Shown here: positions 19,357-29,090 of the stretch, in pieces
How the letters are laid out: the number at the start of each line of letters is the position of its first letter
How positions within the stretch are numbered: the stretch's first letter is position 1
From: Verrucomicrobiota bacterium
GTDB taxonomy: Bacteria > Verrucomicrobiota > Kiritimatiellia > CAJWTS01
Assembly: GCA_027623315.1 (NCBI GenBank)
Contig: JAQBYD010000014.1
Location: 375-64,374, forward strand
Length of the DNA: 64,000 nt
Direction of reading: 5' to 3'
The notes under the pieces: model-generated
The model's input: the letters and a program-made list of their open reading frames with translations, nothing else
Databases searched by the model: none
What the model was told of the DNA's origin: nothing
Translations under genes and position numbers: made by a program

Positions 19357-20522
19357 GACGGCACCTCGCCGCTGCACCCGTTGTTGTAGTCCTCGACGAT
19401 GTCCGAAACGATTCGAACTCGCTCGATGTCACCCGTCGATGAGATCTCGTCGGAGATACCGAGGATCAGCTTCGGAGCGAAGAGTTCGATGATGCGTTGC
19501 GTGCATTCGACGAGCGTTTCGACGGAGAACGTTTCATCAAAATAGACCGCCGGAATTCCGTCGAGCAGGAACATGTCGTCGCCCAACCCCGCCTTGATCT
19601 CTTCCAGTGTGACATCTCCCTGTGGGCGCGGTGTGATGGCCTCGATTCCGTCGAGGCCGGTCTCGCGGGCGAGTGGCAGGATCGGGCCGCAGTCGCCATC
19701 CCAATGCGAGCAGACGAATTTACCCGCCGCGTGCAATCGTTCGCAGCGCCGCTGGCAGGTGGGAAGGTGATACTTCATGAACATCTCCGGCGACAAGGTG
19801 GCCGAGTGAACATTTTCGCCGAAGTTGATGATCTCGATGGGAGATTCGTTGATCAGGTCGATCAGTTGCTCGTGGTGCTCCTCGCGCGCCCGGAAGAAGG
19901 CCTCGACGGTCTGGGGCCAGTCGTACAACGCGTAGATGCCGTTCTCGGAACCCATGCGGCTAATGTACAGGTCCTGGACATTCATACGTGGCATGAAGAT
20001 GGTGGGCGCACCCAGGTCGCCGACCTCGCTTTGGGCGCGGTCATAACAATCCTGAACCCACCCCCAATGCGCATGTTCCTCGCGCCATGTCGCGACTTTC
20101 AATTCCTCCTCGGTCTCGACTTCGCGCTTTTCGTGGATCACATGCCAGTTGTTCGTCGTCTTGCGCGTGATGGCAACTTGCTTGCCCACGGGAGTCTCGA
20201 TGACGTGTTCGGTTCGACCGTCTCCAAGATCATTGGCCGTGCGATGGACGCGTGGGTCTTCGCTCTCCCGGAAACAGCCGTTATAGTGGTTGTAGAGGCG
20301 ATCCGAACAGCCGAGGGCGCGAAAGATCTCGGGCACGGACATGCCTTCGTAGGGCTCCGGCAGCGGTTCTCCGGCAAACTGCTTATCGGTGTACCAACAT
20401 CCGATGCGTGGCTGCCAGATGATCCGGCCGCCAGACTCGCCGAAGCAGACCTGCCGGTGCAGCACCGACCAGTCACGCGGCGTAGTTGCCTTCGGCTCTC
20501 CAGATATCGAGGATTCGTTCAT
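19353..20522 (-). CDS. URO-D-family protein
   Basis: IINFGEN, SHWDG, GIEAITPRPQGD, LILGISDE. The true start is uncertain. Confidence 0.8.
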   Translation of the reverse strand: MNESSISGEPKATTPRDWSVLHRQVCFGESGGRIIWQPRIGCWYTDKQFAGEPLPEPYEGMSVPEIFRALGCSDRLYNHYNGCFRESEDPRVHRTANDLGDGRTEHVIETPVGKQVAITRKTTNNWHVIHEKREVETEEELKVATWREEHAHWGWVQDCYDRAQSEVGDLGAPTIFMPRMNVQDLYISRMGSENGIYALYDWPQTVEAFFRAREEHHEQLIDLINESPIEIINFGENVHSATLSPEMFMKYHLPTCQRRCERLHAAGKFVCSHWDGDCGPILPLARETGLDGIEAITPRPQGDVTLEEIKAGLGDDMFLLDGIPAVYFDETFSVETLVECTQRIIELFAPKLILGISDEISSTGDIERVRIVSDIVEDYNNGCSGEVPS

Positions 20523-21432
20523 ATCGCTCCAGGGGCATTCCGGTGTAGATGCAGTTGCTCGTTGAGAAAATATACCCGCCGCCCGGCATGCCGTGTCGCA
20601 GAGCGTAGCGTGCGGATGCTTCCGCCTCCTCGACGGTGCCGGTGTCCATCAAGCCGCAGTTGATGTTGCCGATCAGGCATACCTGCTCGCCGTAGAGGCG
20701 CTTCATCTCCGCCATGTCGACGTCGCCCTGCGGATCCAGGGAATGCAGCGCATGGGGGTTGGCCTCGAGGAGTTGGTCGGCGATCGGCATGATGTTTCCG
20801 TCCGTGTGCTTGATCACGTAGAAGCCCATGTCGCGATAGGCGCTAACGAGCTGCACGAGGTATGGCGTCACGAACTCGGAAAACTGTCCCGGGCTGATGA
20901 ACGGACCGTCGTTGAAACAATAATCGGAGCAGAGCGCGAACCCATCGAGACCACCGTGTTGCGAAATCGCTTCGGCGCGCCGAACTGCGTTATCAACCAT
21001 CTGCTGCGCTTCGCGCTTGACCCCGTCGGCATCGTCCGCCAATCGGTAAGCGAACGCTTCGAGCTGCGCCCCGTTCGGGATGCCGAAGGTGGCATCACCG
21101 TGCAGCATGAGGAAGTACGTGTCGCCGCTCAACTCGCGCACGAGATCGATCATGCGGAGAGTCTCCGCGAGGGTGCCCGGGTTGGGATGCAGGAAGATGG
21201 CGTTGTGCTCGAAGCGCCGCGCCGTATCGATGAATAGACCGGCCATGTCCCGGCGGTGCAGTTCCCGCTCCTTCTCCTCCATTTGGTCCCACTGGTGATA
21301 GCTGCGGTGCGATGGGTGCACCTTGCCGAAGGCTTGCATGGTCAGGAAGAAGACCAGTTCGAAGTGGGGTACCCGTCCCGCCGGCGGTTGGCGCTCCAGG
21401 GCACGAATGAAGTCCTCGCGGGGAGCGCTCAC
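20473..21432 (-). CDS. URO-D-family protein
   Basis: SDYCFNDGPFISP, IKHTDGN, HSLDP, LIGNI, GGGYIFSTSNCI. GTGA overlap with the upstream minigene. Confidence 0.85.
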   Translation of the reverse strand: MSAPREDFIRALERQPPAGRVPHFELVFFLTMQAFGKVHPSHRSYHQWDQMEEKERELHRRDMAGLFIDTARRFEHNAIFLHPNPGTLAETLRMIDLVRELSGDTYFLMLHGDATFGIPNGAQLEAFAYRLADDADGVKREAQQMVDNAVRRAEAISQHGGLDGFALCSDYCFNDGPFISPGQFSEFVTPYLVQLVSAYRDMGFYVIKHTDGNIMPIADQLLEANPHALHSLDPQGDVDMAEMKRLYGEQVCLIGNINCGLMDTGTVEEAEASARYALRHGMPGGGYIFSTSNCIYTGMPLERYERILDIWRAEGNYAA

Positions 21433-21593
21433 GCGGCCGTCCACCCCATCTCGGCGTCGTCGCAGCCCATGTGCTGCAGAAGGTTCGCATGGGCTTCCCG
21501 AGTCGCCCAGATATCCATCGGTATGCGGTCAGGCGCGTCGCGCTTCAGGATCGCGAGCCATCGCTCGCGAGAACTCAGGGCTTCCCGTTGCAT
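21429..21593 (-). pseudogene. 54-aa URO-D-family skeleton gene (N-terminus joined to a short tail)
   Basis: Strong RBS (GAAAGGA), then MQREALSSRERWLAILKRDAPDRIPMDIWAT...MGCDDAEMGWTAA*. The stop overlaps the next start. Confidence 0.75.
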
Positions 21594-22833
21594 AGGTTGA
21601 TCCTTTCTCGAGATGATCTTCGATCTCTTCGTAGGCAATCTGTACCCACCGCGTGAGACGCCACGGCTCGTTCTCTACGGTGTGCGTATCCTTCATGATC
21701 AGTTCCAGGGCGCACCCTCCGGCTGTCTGCAACGTCTTCCGGATGTCGTCGCGAACGGCTTCTTCGCGGAATCCGAGACAGACGGTGGCCGGATGTGGTT
21801 TGCGGCTGAAGATCGCTTGACCGTTCAGCTTCTCGGCCATGGTCTGCTCGTCGGCCCAGGGGGACACCGAGACGCGCCGCAGGCGGGGAATGGTCAGGAT
21901 GGAATCGATGCGGCTGTGTACCGGCTCGCAACATCCGTAGCAGTTGAGTCCGAACCGGTCGAGAAGCGGCAACTGGTACGGGAGGATAAACTCCTCGAAC
22001 ATCGCGGGCGAGATGCCGACGGTTTCCTGGGATTCGGCGAATCCCCAAATATCGCGGGTTCGGGCGGGTGCCCCCGGCATGAAGTCGACGGCGGGAAGAT
22101 CATCGGTGCAGCCGACTCCGCCGGATCCGACGTAGTGCGATCCGCTCATCAGCCTCAACAGGCCCTGCTTCTCGTGCCAGTCGATGAAGTGGGACTGCTC
22201 GTCGCGCAGCCACGCCATGAGCTGATGCACCGCGGCTGGATCGTCGCACATCATGAGCATGAACGGCTCGATTCCCACCAGCAGGACGGCGGTCCACGTG
22301 AGCCCGACCGTCCACCATGCCTGGCCACGAATTCGGGGGGGCAGGGTGGGGCCGAAGATCGCGTCCGCGCGCTCCACCTGTTCGTACGTCTTGACGCGGT
22401 CCACGGATGGTGTCCGGAAGTGCAGCTTCGTGAAATCGCGATGGAATTCCTTCAGCGGGTGATCCCAGACGTAGCTGCCGCGCTGGTCGCCCTGGATGTG
22501 TGGAATCTCTACACCGTAGTTGCCGGGCGATGTGCACCAGGCGATATCGAACCATGGCTCGATAAAGTTGTCGTCGCGAATGTGCTCCCACCAGTAGATC
22601 TTGCTTCGCAGCTTGTACTCCCAGTCTCGATGTATGGGATCGTTGCACTCCAGGGCGGAGTGCGGAAGGAGTTCCTCCCAGGCACCCTCGGGAAAGCAGA
22701 GCACCATGGGGCGCTCGGATCGCAGTCCGTTATGCTTCCGCCACAGTTGTTCGCGCGCGCGCGGATTCTGGAGTTCACAGATTTCGCGTACGCGCTCCGC
22801 CAGGCGACGAAGCACATCCGTGTCATGACTCAT
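21529..22833 (-). CDS. URO-D/methyltransferase-like TIM-barrel protein
   Basis: LWRKHNGL..ERPMV, WGFAESQETVGISP.MFEEF, YGCCEP, RRVSVSPWAD, ELIMKDTHT. Confidence 0.75.
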   Translation of the reverse strand: MSHDTDVLRRLAERVREICELQNPRAREQLWRKHNGLRSERPMVLCFPEGAWEELLPHSALECNDPIHRDWEYKLRSKIYWWEHIRDDNFIEPWFDIAWCTSPGNYGVEIPHIQGDQRGSYVWDHPLKEFHRDFTKLHFRTPSVDRVKTYEQVERADAIFGPTLPPRIRGQAWWTVGLTWTAVLLVGIEPFMLMMCDDPAAVHQLMAWLRDEQSHFIDWHEKQGLLRLMSGSHYVGSGGVGCTDDLPAVDFMPGAPARTRDIWGFAESQETVGISPAMFEEFILPYQLPLLDRFGLNCYGCCEPVHSRIDSILTIPRLRRVSVSPWADEQTMAEKLNGQAIFSRKPHPATVCLGFREEAVRDDIRKTLQTAGGCALELIMKDTHTVENEPWRLTRWVQIAYEEIEDHLEKGSTYATGSPEFSRAMARDPEARRA

Positions 22834-23666
22834 GGCGCCTTCTCGGTGCGAACAATCGTCTCATCCCCCGTCGGCGTCAAGCGGTGCCCGGGCGGTACGA
22901 CGAGGAACTCATCGGAGGCCCATTGGCCGTCCACAAGGCGTTGGATCATCGAAATGTCGCCCTCGACGTTCTCGAACTCCCAGCCGCGCTCCTTGGCCTC
23001 ATCGTGGGTTTGCGCCTTGTAGTTGGCGTCCTGCTCCAGGCCCATTTCAATGTAGGTGTACTTGGAATAGTTGCGCGTATGGTCGTACAGCTGCGTGTAG
23101 AGAAATTCTGCATTATCGGCGCCGTACTTCTCAACCATCTCCTCGTAGGTCTGGTTCATGCCCTGCTGGTTGGGGATCGATAGCTGCTGCAGTTCGCCGT
23201 CGTCGACACGGTTTCGTTCGATCCAGCCCGTGGTCTTGAAGTAGACGCCCGGATTCTTGAAGAAATAGTCCTGGTAGCGCTCACGGCTGCCGAGGAAGAG
23301 GGTAATGCAGTCGTGAGCGCGGGGCATGACCAGCGGAATCTCGCGTGCGGTCAACCCGGCAAGGCCGTTGTTGCAGAGCGCGTAACCAATGATCACGGCT
23401 TCGTAGTTCTCAAACTTGATCGCGTCGACGGCCGCCTGGACATGTTCGAGCATCTTCTCCGGAGCAATGTCGTGCAATCCCTTGGGCAGGAAGGCGGCAT
23501 CGACCTGGTTCGGGGTGCGCGACAGCGCGAGGCACATCTCGCGGAAGAAGATCTCGCACGAGACGAGGTGGAGCTTGCGCCGCCGCCATTCGGGGGCGGC
23601 GCACGCAACCTTATCCTCGGGTTGTCCGCCCGCGGGGGGTGCGGCGTCGTCGCCGGATTTGGGCAT
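22830..23666 (-). CDS. DUF1638 domain-containing protein
   Basis: LVSCEIF, GLHD, IIGYALCNNG, PRAHDCITLFLGS, YFKTTGW. Confidence 0.8.
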   Translation of the reverse strand: MPKSGDDAAPPAGGQPEDKVACAAPEWRRRKLHLVSCEIFFREMCLALSRTPNQVDAAFLPKGLHDIAPEKMLEHVQAAVDAIKFENYEAVIIGYALCNNGLAGLTAREIPLVMPRAHDCITLFLGSRERYQDYFFKNPGVYFKTTGWIERNRVDDGELQQLSIPNQQGMNQTYEEMVEKYGADNAEFLYTQLYDHTRNYSKYTYIEMGLEQDANYKAQTHDEAKERGWEFENVEGDISMIQRLVDGQWASDEFLVVPPGHRLTPTGDETIVRTEKAP

Positions 23667-23687
23667 GTGGCCTCGCGCGTGTCTCGA

Positions 23688-24332
23688 CTAGGCTGCGGTG
23701 ACACCGACAAGCCGGCGTGCCTCGTTGACCGCTCCGCTCGCGTTGTCGCTGAATCCGTCGGCGCCGATTTCGTCGGCATAGGTCTGCGTGATCGGCGCTC
23801 CGCCAATCATCACCTTCAAGTCGCCGGCTGCCGGGGACTGCTTGACGAGGTCCACCACTGCGCGCATGCCGGGCATGGTCGTGGTCAGCAGTGCCGAGAG
23901 CGCGATGAGGTTCGCACCGTGTTCGGTCGCGGCCGCCACATACTGCTCGGGCGACACGTCGACGCCGAGATCGATGACCTCGAAACCACCGCCTTCGAGC
24001 ATCGAGGCCACCAGGTTCTTGCCGATGTCATGCAGGTCGCCCTGTACGGTGCCGACCACGACTCGTCCGGCCGGTTCCACATGGTTTTCGAGCAGCTTGG
24101 GGCGGATCAACTCCATGGCGGCTTTCATGGCGCGCGCAGCGATCAGAAGTTCGGGTACATAGAATACGTTGGCCTCGAACCGGCGCCCGGCCTCATCCAT
24201 CGCGGGAATCATGTATTTGTCCACGATCGACTTCGGGTCCGTGTTCTCGTCCAGGGCAGTTTGTGCCAGGGATCGCGCTGTCTTGTGGTCTCCCGACAGG
24301 ATGGCGTCGTACAGCGTGCTCAGGTCAGTCAT
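23688..24332 (-). CDS. Corrinoid (cobalamin-binding) methyl-carrier protein
   Basis: B12 cap domain (FYVPELLIAARAM); GDLHDIGKN (DxHxxG), SALLTTT, GGAP. RBS GAGGAGGAG. Confidence 0.95.
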   Translation of the reverse strand: MTDLSTLYDAILSGDHKTARSLAQTALDENTDPKSIVDKYMIPAMDEAGRRFEANVFYVPELLIAARAMKAAMELIRPKLLENHVEPAGRVVVGTVQGDLHDIGKNLVASMLEGGGFEVIDLGVDVSPEQYVAAATEHGANLIALSALLTTTMPGMRAVVDLVKQSPAAGDLKVMIGGAPITQTYADEIGADGFSDNASGAVNEARRLVGVTAA

Positions 24333-24729
24333 GTTTACTCCTCCTCGTGGGTGGCCGTGTTATGCGTTGGCCAATTTTGTTGTTTGCGAGATACGGGCTC
24401 GGATGCGAAGCACCCGCGCAGTCATGATGGCATCGTCATACGAGATGTGATCGGTGTCTCAATGCTAAGTCCGAACTGGGTGAGATCGTTGCCCTTCTGC
24501 GGTATTGTTCGGCGACCCTTCGGACAGCTCTCCCTTCACACTCGCCCTTATCGTTTGTCATTGTAAGGATTACGTGAAAGCGGGATTAAGAATGAGCGAA
24601 ACATCCACCGGTGCGCCAAGGATCGGCTACGGGCCGGGCGAACGTTCACATCGGCGCCGTTCCCACGCATGCCGCGCGGCAAGCTCCACCGCATAATTCG
24701 TGGGTGAAACTGAACTCCGAGATAGTAGG

Positions 24730-24860
24730 GCCCGCGAATCACGCGAATTCACGCGAATGAAGAGAAGAGAATCCGCGCCCATCCGCGTAATCCGCGGTTC
24801 CATCTCTGTCTGCATTCGCGTGGATTCGCGTGATTCGTGGGCCAAAGATTTGGTTAAGAA
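24730..24860. repeat. Nonamer-based palindromic repeat element, copy 2
   Basis: CCCGCGAATCACGCGAATTCACGCGAATG at the left end is inverted to CATTCGCGTGGATTCGCGTGATTCGTGGG at the right end; internal ATCCGCG units. Confidence 0.85.
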
Positions 24861-25465
24861 TCAGACTAGGCCCAGATCAAGCGAACATAGGCGCGTGATG
24901 AGCGACCGAGCGGACGGCGCACTGGGTGGAGCGCGGTTGCGTGCGAGCTCTTCTGCGAATTGACGATCGCGTAAGGAAGCCCGTATTTCTCGTAAAGTTT
25001 GGACCGGCCATATCGCATCTCGAAGCGTACATCCCGAGCGTTTTCGGACACAGCGCCAACCGGCAGGTTGTCGTTCGCTTGCGCTCTGGAACGCGGCGCC
25101 AGTGGCTTCGTCTGCCAGCTGTGCGTCGCCGCCGCGCGGCCCCCGAAGGCTGCATTTCGGTGCCCGACGCAGGAGGGTCGGAAATTTGAGTCGCCAGATT
25201 GGGTCGAAAAGTGCCGATCCCAGGGGTGAGTAGTACTCCTGTACATGAACTCCTGGGATCGGTGCTTTGCGGCCTGATATGGTGATTCGAATTGCCAAGA
25301 AATGCAGTCTTCATTCTCGGCACCGTCTCGACTTCCGGCGACGCTCAGCGCTTGCTTCCATCGCGGTGGAAATTCGACAGCTCCGGACTCACTTCAACCA
25401 TCGACTCCGCAGGCCTCAGACCAGGACAATCGCCCGGCAATCAGAGTGTCGCTTGGCGGGTTCGC

Positions 25466-28400
25466 TTAATCTGGGCCCAGTAGGTCCTCAACGATCCCGA
25501 GAAGACTTGCCAGCCTCTCGTTGATCGTGTCGCCGTTCATGCGCGGGAACTGGGCGCTGTCCTTGACGTAACCCTGGTAGCCCCTGCACATCACCTTGCC
25601 GGATCGTGTCTCGATGCCGGCGAGGCGTTTCGCATGCGCGGCAATGCGGATGCGCGCCAGCAGAAGGAGTCCCTTTACGGGAGTGGGCAGGAGGCCGAAG
25701 CGGTCCTCCAATTCTTCGCGCAGGGCGTCAATATCGGTCGTGCGAGCCAGCGCGGCCACGCGCCGGTAGACGTCGAGGCGCAGGCGCTCGTCCTCGACGT
25801 AATCGTAGGGGATCGCGATCGTGTTCTCCTCGTCCATGTCCGGCACGAGATGAACGAAGTCGAGGTCGAGCCGGACGTCGATCAGAGGCGGCAGGTCCTC
25901 GCCCTTGAGGCTGCGTACGGTACGCTGCAGGAGCTGACAGTAGAGTGCGAATCCTACCGCGGCGATGTGTCCGCTCTGTTCCGCGCCAAGCAGGTTGCCC
26001 GCACCGCGGATTTCGAGATCGCGCAGCGCCAGCTGGAACCCCGCACCCGGCTGACTGTGCTGGCGCACGGCACTGATGCGCTTGCGCGCCACCGAATCAA
26101 TCCGCCCCTGTGCGGGAATCAGCAGAATCGCATAGGCCTTGCGGCTTGAGCGTCCCACACGCCCCCGTAACTGGTAGAGATCCGCGAGGCCAAAGCGGTC
26201 GGCGCGGTCGATGATAATCGTGTTCGCATTGGGAACATCGACCCCACTCTCGACGATGGTTGTGCAGAGCAATACGTCGGTTTCACCGTGCACAAAAGCG
26301 TGCATCACGTCCGACAGTTCCCCCGATGGCATCTGGCCATGTGCCACGGCAAAGCGCGCTTCGGGGACGAGGTCGTAGAGACGCTTGTGTACCGTTTCGA
26401 TCGTCATCACCCGGTTATGAATCAGGTAGACTTGTCCCTCGCGATTCACTTCGCGTAGAATCGCTTCACGGATCAGGCGCTCGTCATAACCACGCACGAT
26501 CGTCTCGACCTCGCGTCGTTCCTGCGGCGGCGTCTCGATCGTGCTCAGATCCTTGGCGCCGCTGAGACTGAGGTAGAGCGTGCGCGGGATCGGGGTCGCA
26601 GTCATGGTCAGGACATCCACCATCGTGCGTAACTGCTTGAGTCTCTCCTTGTGCCCCACGCCGAATCGCTGTTCCTCGTCGATGATCACCAGCCCGAGAT
26701 CCTTGAAGCGTACTCCCGGTTGTAGAAGACCGTGTGTGCCGACCACGATGTCGATCAGGCCCTCAGCGAGCTCCTCGAGGACCTTGAGGGTTTGCGTCCG
26801 CGTATTGAACCGGCTCATCATCTCGATGCGCACAGGGAATGGCGCCATGCGCTGACGGAAGGTGTCGAGATGCTGCTGGGCGAGCACCGTCGTGGGGACG
26901 AGCACCACCACCTGTTTGGCGTCCATGACCGCCTTGAAGGCCGCACGGATCGCGACCTCGGTCTTGCCGTAGCCCGCATCGCCGCAGATCAGCCGATCGG
27001 TGGGCCGCGCCTGCTCCATGTCGCCGCGAACGTCCTCGATCGCCTTTTCCTGGTCGGGCGTCTCGCGGTACGGGAAGGATGCTTCCAATTGACGCTGCCA
27101 TGCCGTGTCCGGCGGAAAGGCATAGCCGGGGAGGGCATCACGTTTGGCTTGGGTTTCGAGCAGGGATGCCGCGAGATCCTGCACCGCCACCTGCACCGCC
27201 TCTTTCTCGCGAGCCCAGCGCTTGCCGCCGAGCTTGTGACGTCTGATGTAGCGCTTTCCGGCCCCGACATAGCGGCTGAGCAGGTGAACCTGCGTGACCG
27301 GGATGTAGAGCAGGGCGTCGTCCTCGTACTCAAGCGCGATCACCTCGCGTGGTTGATCGTGAATCTTTACGGTGCGCATTCCGAGGTACTTGCCGATACC
27401 GTGATCGATATGCACCACGTGGTCACCGATCTCCAGGCCGGTGAGGTCGTCCAGCCGCGGGCCCGTGGCGACGGGGCGGGATCCCGGCAGCGACGGATCG
27501 TAGCGCCGGGTCTGTTCCTTGCGGCGCCCGTACAGATCGCTTTCGGCGACCAGTGCGAGCTTGTACTGCGGGCTGACGAAGCCGCTTGAGAGCCCGCCCG
27601 TGGTCAGGTCCAGCCCCTTCAACATCGCGGTGTCCGCATCCTGCTCAAATCGATCCATCGAGCCGGAGGTGTCGAAGTGCAGACGCACGGTGTGGCCCTT
27701 GCCGGTCAGATCGCCGAGGCGTTTCAGAAGTTCGCGCCGCGCCTTTTCCATAATATCTGGAGCCAGGATCTCGCGCGGCATATCGGACAGGGTGGTCAGG
27801 GGTAGAAAGTCGCCGAACGCCTCGGTGTCGTCGGTTTCCGGCGTCCCGGTGTAGACCTGGGTTGCGGCTGCCGAGGTCACCGAATCATAGAGGTCGTCAA
27901 GTTGGGAGACGAGGTGTTCGGCATCGGCCTCGATAGCGGACTCCATGAAGACGGCTGCGTGATCTTCGATCGAGTTTACATCCGACCAGACCCAGATCGT
28001 CCGCGGCGGCCAGTAGTTCGCCGCCCCGACCGTCTGGTCTCCCGCATCGACCATGGTCCATTCGGAAACCGGTAGAATCTCGAGCGTGTCCCGTCGTTCA
28101 AGGGATCGCTGGTTGGCTGGATTGAACAGGCGCAGCGACTCCACCTCGGATCCAAAGAAGTCGATGCGGGTGGGCCAATCGTCGCAGACCGGCCAGACAT
28201 CGATAATGCCGCCCTTCACCGCAGCTTGCCCCTTGATCGAGACCTGGGGCTGGATGTCGAATCCCGTCTCTGCGAGGACCGTCATTAATTCGTCGCGGTC
28301 GCGAGAGGCGCCGGGTTTCAAGGTGATCAGGAAGCGCGCGAGGGTCTGCGGTGTGATCGTGCGCTGCATCAGCGCCTGCACGGAGGTCACGCACAGCGCC

Positions 28401-28732
28401 GGTGCGCCCTCGGTAGAGAGCGTGCGCAGGGCGGCGAGTCGCCGGCCGGTGATCTCGGTGTCGGCGGATACGCTCTGGTGGGGGAAGGTCTGCCATGCCG
28501 GGACATAGAGAATCTGACTCGTATCACGACCACTCACGGTCAATAAATCACCGTGCCGCGTATCGAGAGACTGCGGGCCATCGGCGATCCAAACCACGGG
28601 CCGCTTCGTCGCCTCGTGCAGGGCATGCACGATCAGCGCCTCGGCCGACAGCGGCCAATCCGGAAGGCGCAGCGCGCTTTCGCGCGCAAGCATCTCCCTC
28701 AAATGCTTAATCAGGGTGCGTGGGGTCTTCAT
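25466..28732 (-). CDS. mfd: Transcription-repair coupling factor
   Basis: VVHIDHGIG (RID), GDAGYGKTEVA, DEEQRFG, TATPIPRTL, QLRGRVGR, DLEIRGAGNLLG, C-terminal TRCF domain. Confidence 0.96.
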   Translation of the reverse strand: MKTPRTLIKHLREMLARESALRLPDWPLSAEALIVHALHEATKRPVVWIADGPQSLDTRHGDLLTVSGRDTSQILYVPAWQTFPHQSVSADTEITGRRLAALRTLSTEGAPALCVTSVQALMQRTITPQTLARFLITLKPGASRDRDELMTVLAETGFDIQPQVSIKGQAAVKGGIIDVWPVCDDWPTRIDFFGSEVESLRLFNPANQRSLERRDTLEILPVSEWTMVDAGDQTVGAANYWPPRTIWVWSDVNSIEDHAAVFMESAIEADAEHLVSQLDDLYDSVTSAAATQVYTGTPETDDTEAFGDFLPLTTLSDMPREILAPDIMEKARRELLKRLGDLTGKGHTVRLHFDTSGSMDRFEQDADTAMLKGLDLTTGGLSSGFVSPQYKLALVAESDLYGRRKEQTRRYDPSLPGSRPVATGPRLDDLTGLEIGDHVVHIDHGIGKYLGMRTVKIHDQPREVIALEYEDDALLYIPVTQVHLLSRYVGAGKRYIRRHKLGGKRWAREKEAVQVAVQDLAASLLETQAKRDALPGYAFPPDTAWQRQLEASFPYRETPDQEKAIEDVRGDMEQARPTDRLICGDAGYGKTEVAIRAAFKAVMDAKQVVVLVPTTVLAQQHLDTFRQRMAPFPVRIEMMSRFNTRTQTLKVLEELAEGLIDIVVGTHGLLQPGVRFKDLGLVIIDEEQRFGVGHKERLKQLRTMVDVLTMTATPIPRTLYLSLSGAKDLSTIETPPQERREVETIVRGYDERLIREAILREVNREGQVYLIHNRVMTIETVHKRLYDLVPEARFAVAHGQMPSGELSDVMHAFVHGETDVLLCTTIVESGVDVPNANTIIIDRADRFGLADLYQLRGRVGRSSRKAYAILLIPAQGRIDSVARKRISAVRQHSQPGAGFQLALRDLEIRGAGNLLGAEQSGHIAAVGFALYCQLLQRTVRSLKGEDLPPLIDVRLDLDFVHLVPDMDEENTIAIPYDYVEDERLRLDVYRRVAALARTTDIDALREELEDRFGLLPTPVKGLLLLARIRIAAHAKRLAGIETRSGKVMCRGYQGYVKDSAQFPRMNGDTINERLASLLGIVEDLLGPD

Positions 28733-28907
28733 GCCGCCCCCAGTGTACGGTCCGTCGGCAGATCTCTCAATCGCACTTTGCGGGGGATGAGGGACAGGTT
28801 CGGTGAGATTCGTTAGTGGTCCCGGGCCCTCGCCGGGCCAATAGCCTCATGCCCAGGGACAAGGGATCCGTGTGTAAGCGTAGGGGTTGAGGTGAAATCC
28901 GCTCTGT

Positions 28908-28940
28908 CACTTACTCTTCCACTTACTCCGACACTTACTC
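28908..28940. repeat. 12-nt-period tandem repeat CACTTACTC x3
   Basis: Copies at 28908, 28920 and 28932. The same unit occurs at 62666-62733. Confidence 0.85.
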
Positions 28941-29090
28941 CTGCCCTTCAATCGCATCAATAGCCGCCCGGCCACAGGATCGGGTCGTTACTCGACGTCG
29001 TTCTCGTCAACGATCTCGCGATAGTTGAATATCGCTGTCGTTCTCGATAAAGTTCTCGAGGTCATTTGTCGAAGACAAGCCCGTGAGGAA

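Noticed and set aside
24333..24720. Cobalamin riboswitch upstream of the corrinoid operon
   Set aside because: I could not find the conserved B12-box or GCCACTG-type elements on the minus strand. An Infernal/Rfam scan would settle it.
24861..25460. Overlapping 85-148 aa ORFs between the repeat element and mfd
   Set aside because: No consistent frame, RBS or motif. A decayed remnant cannot be excluded.
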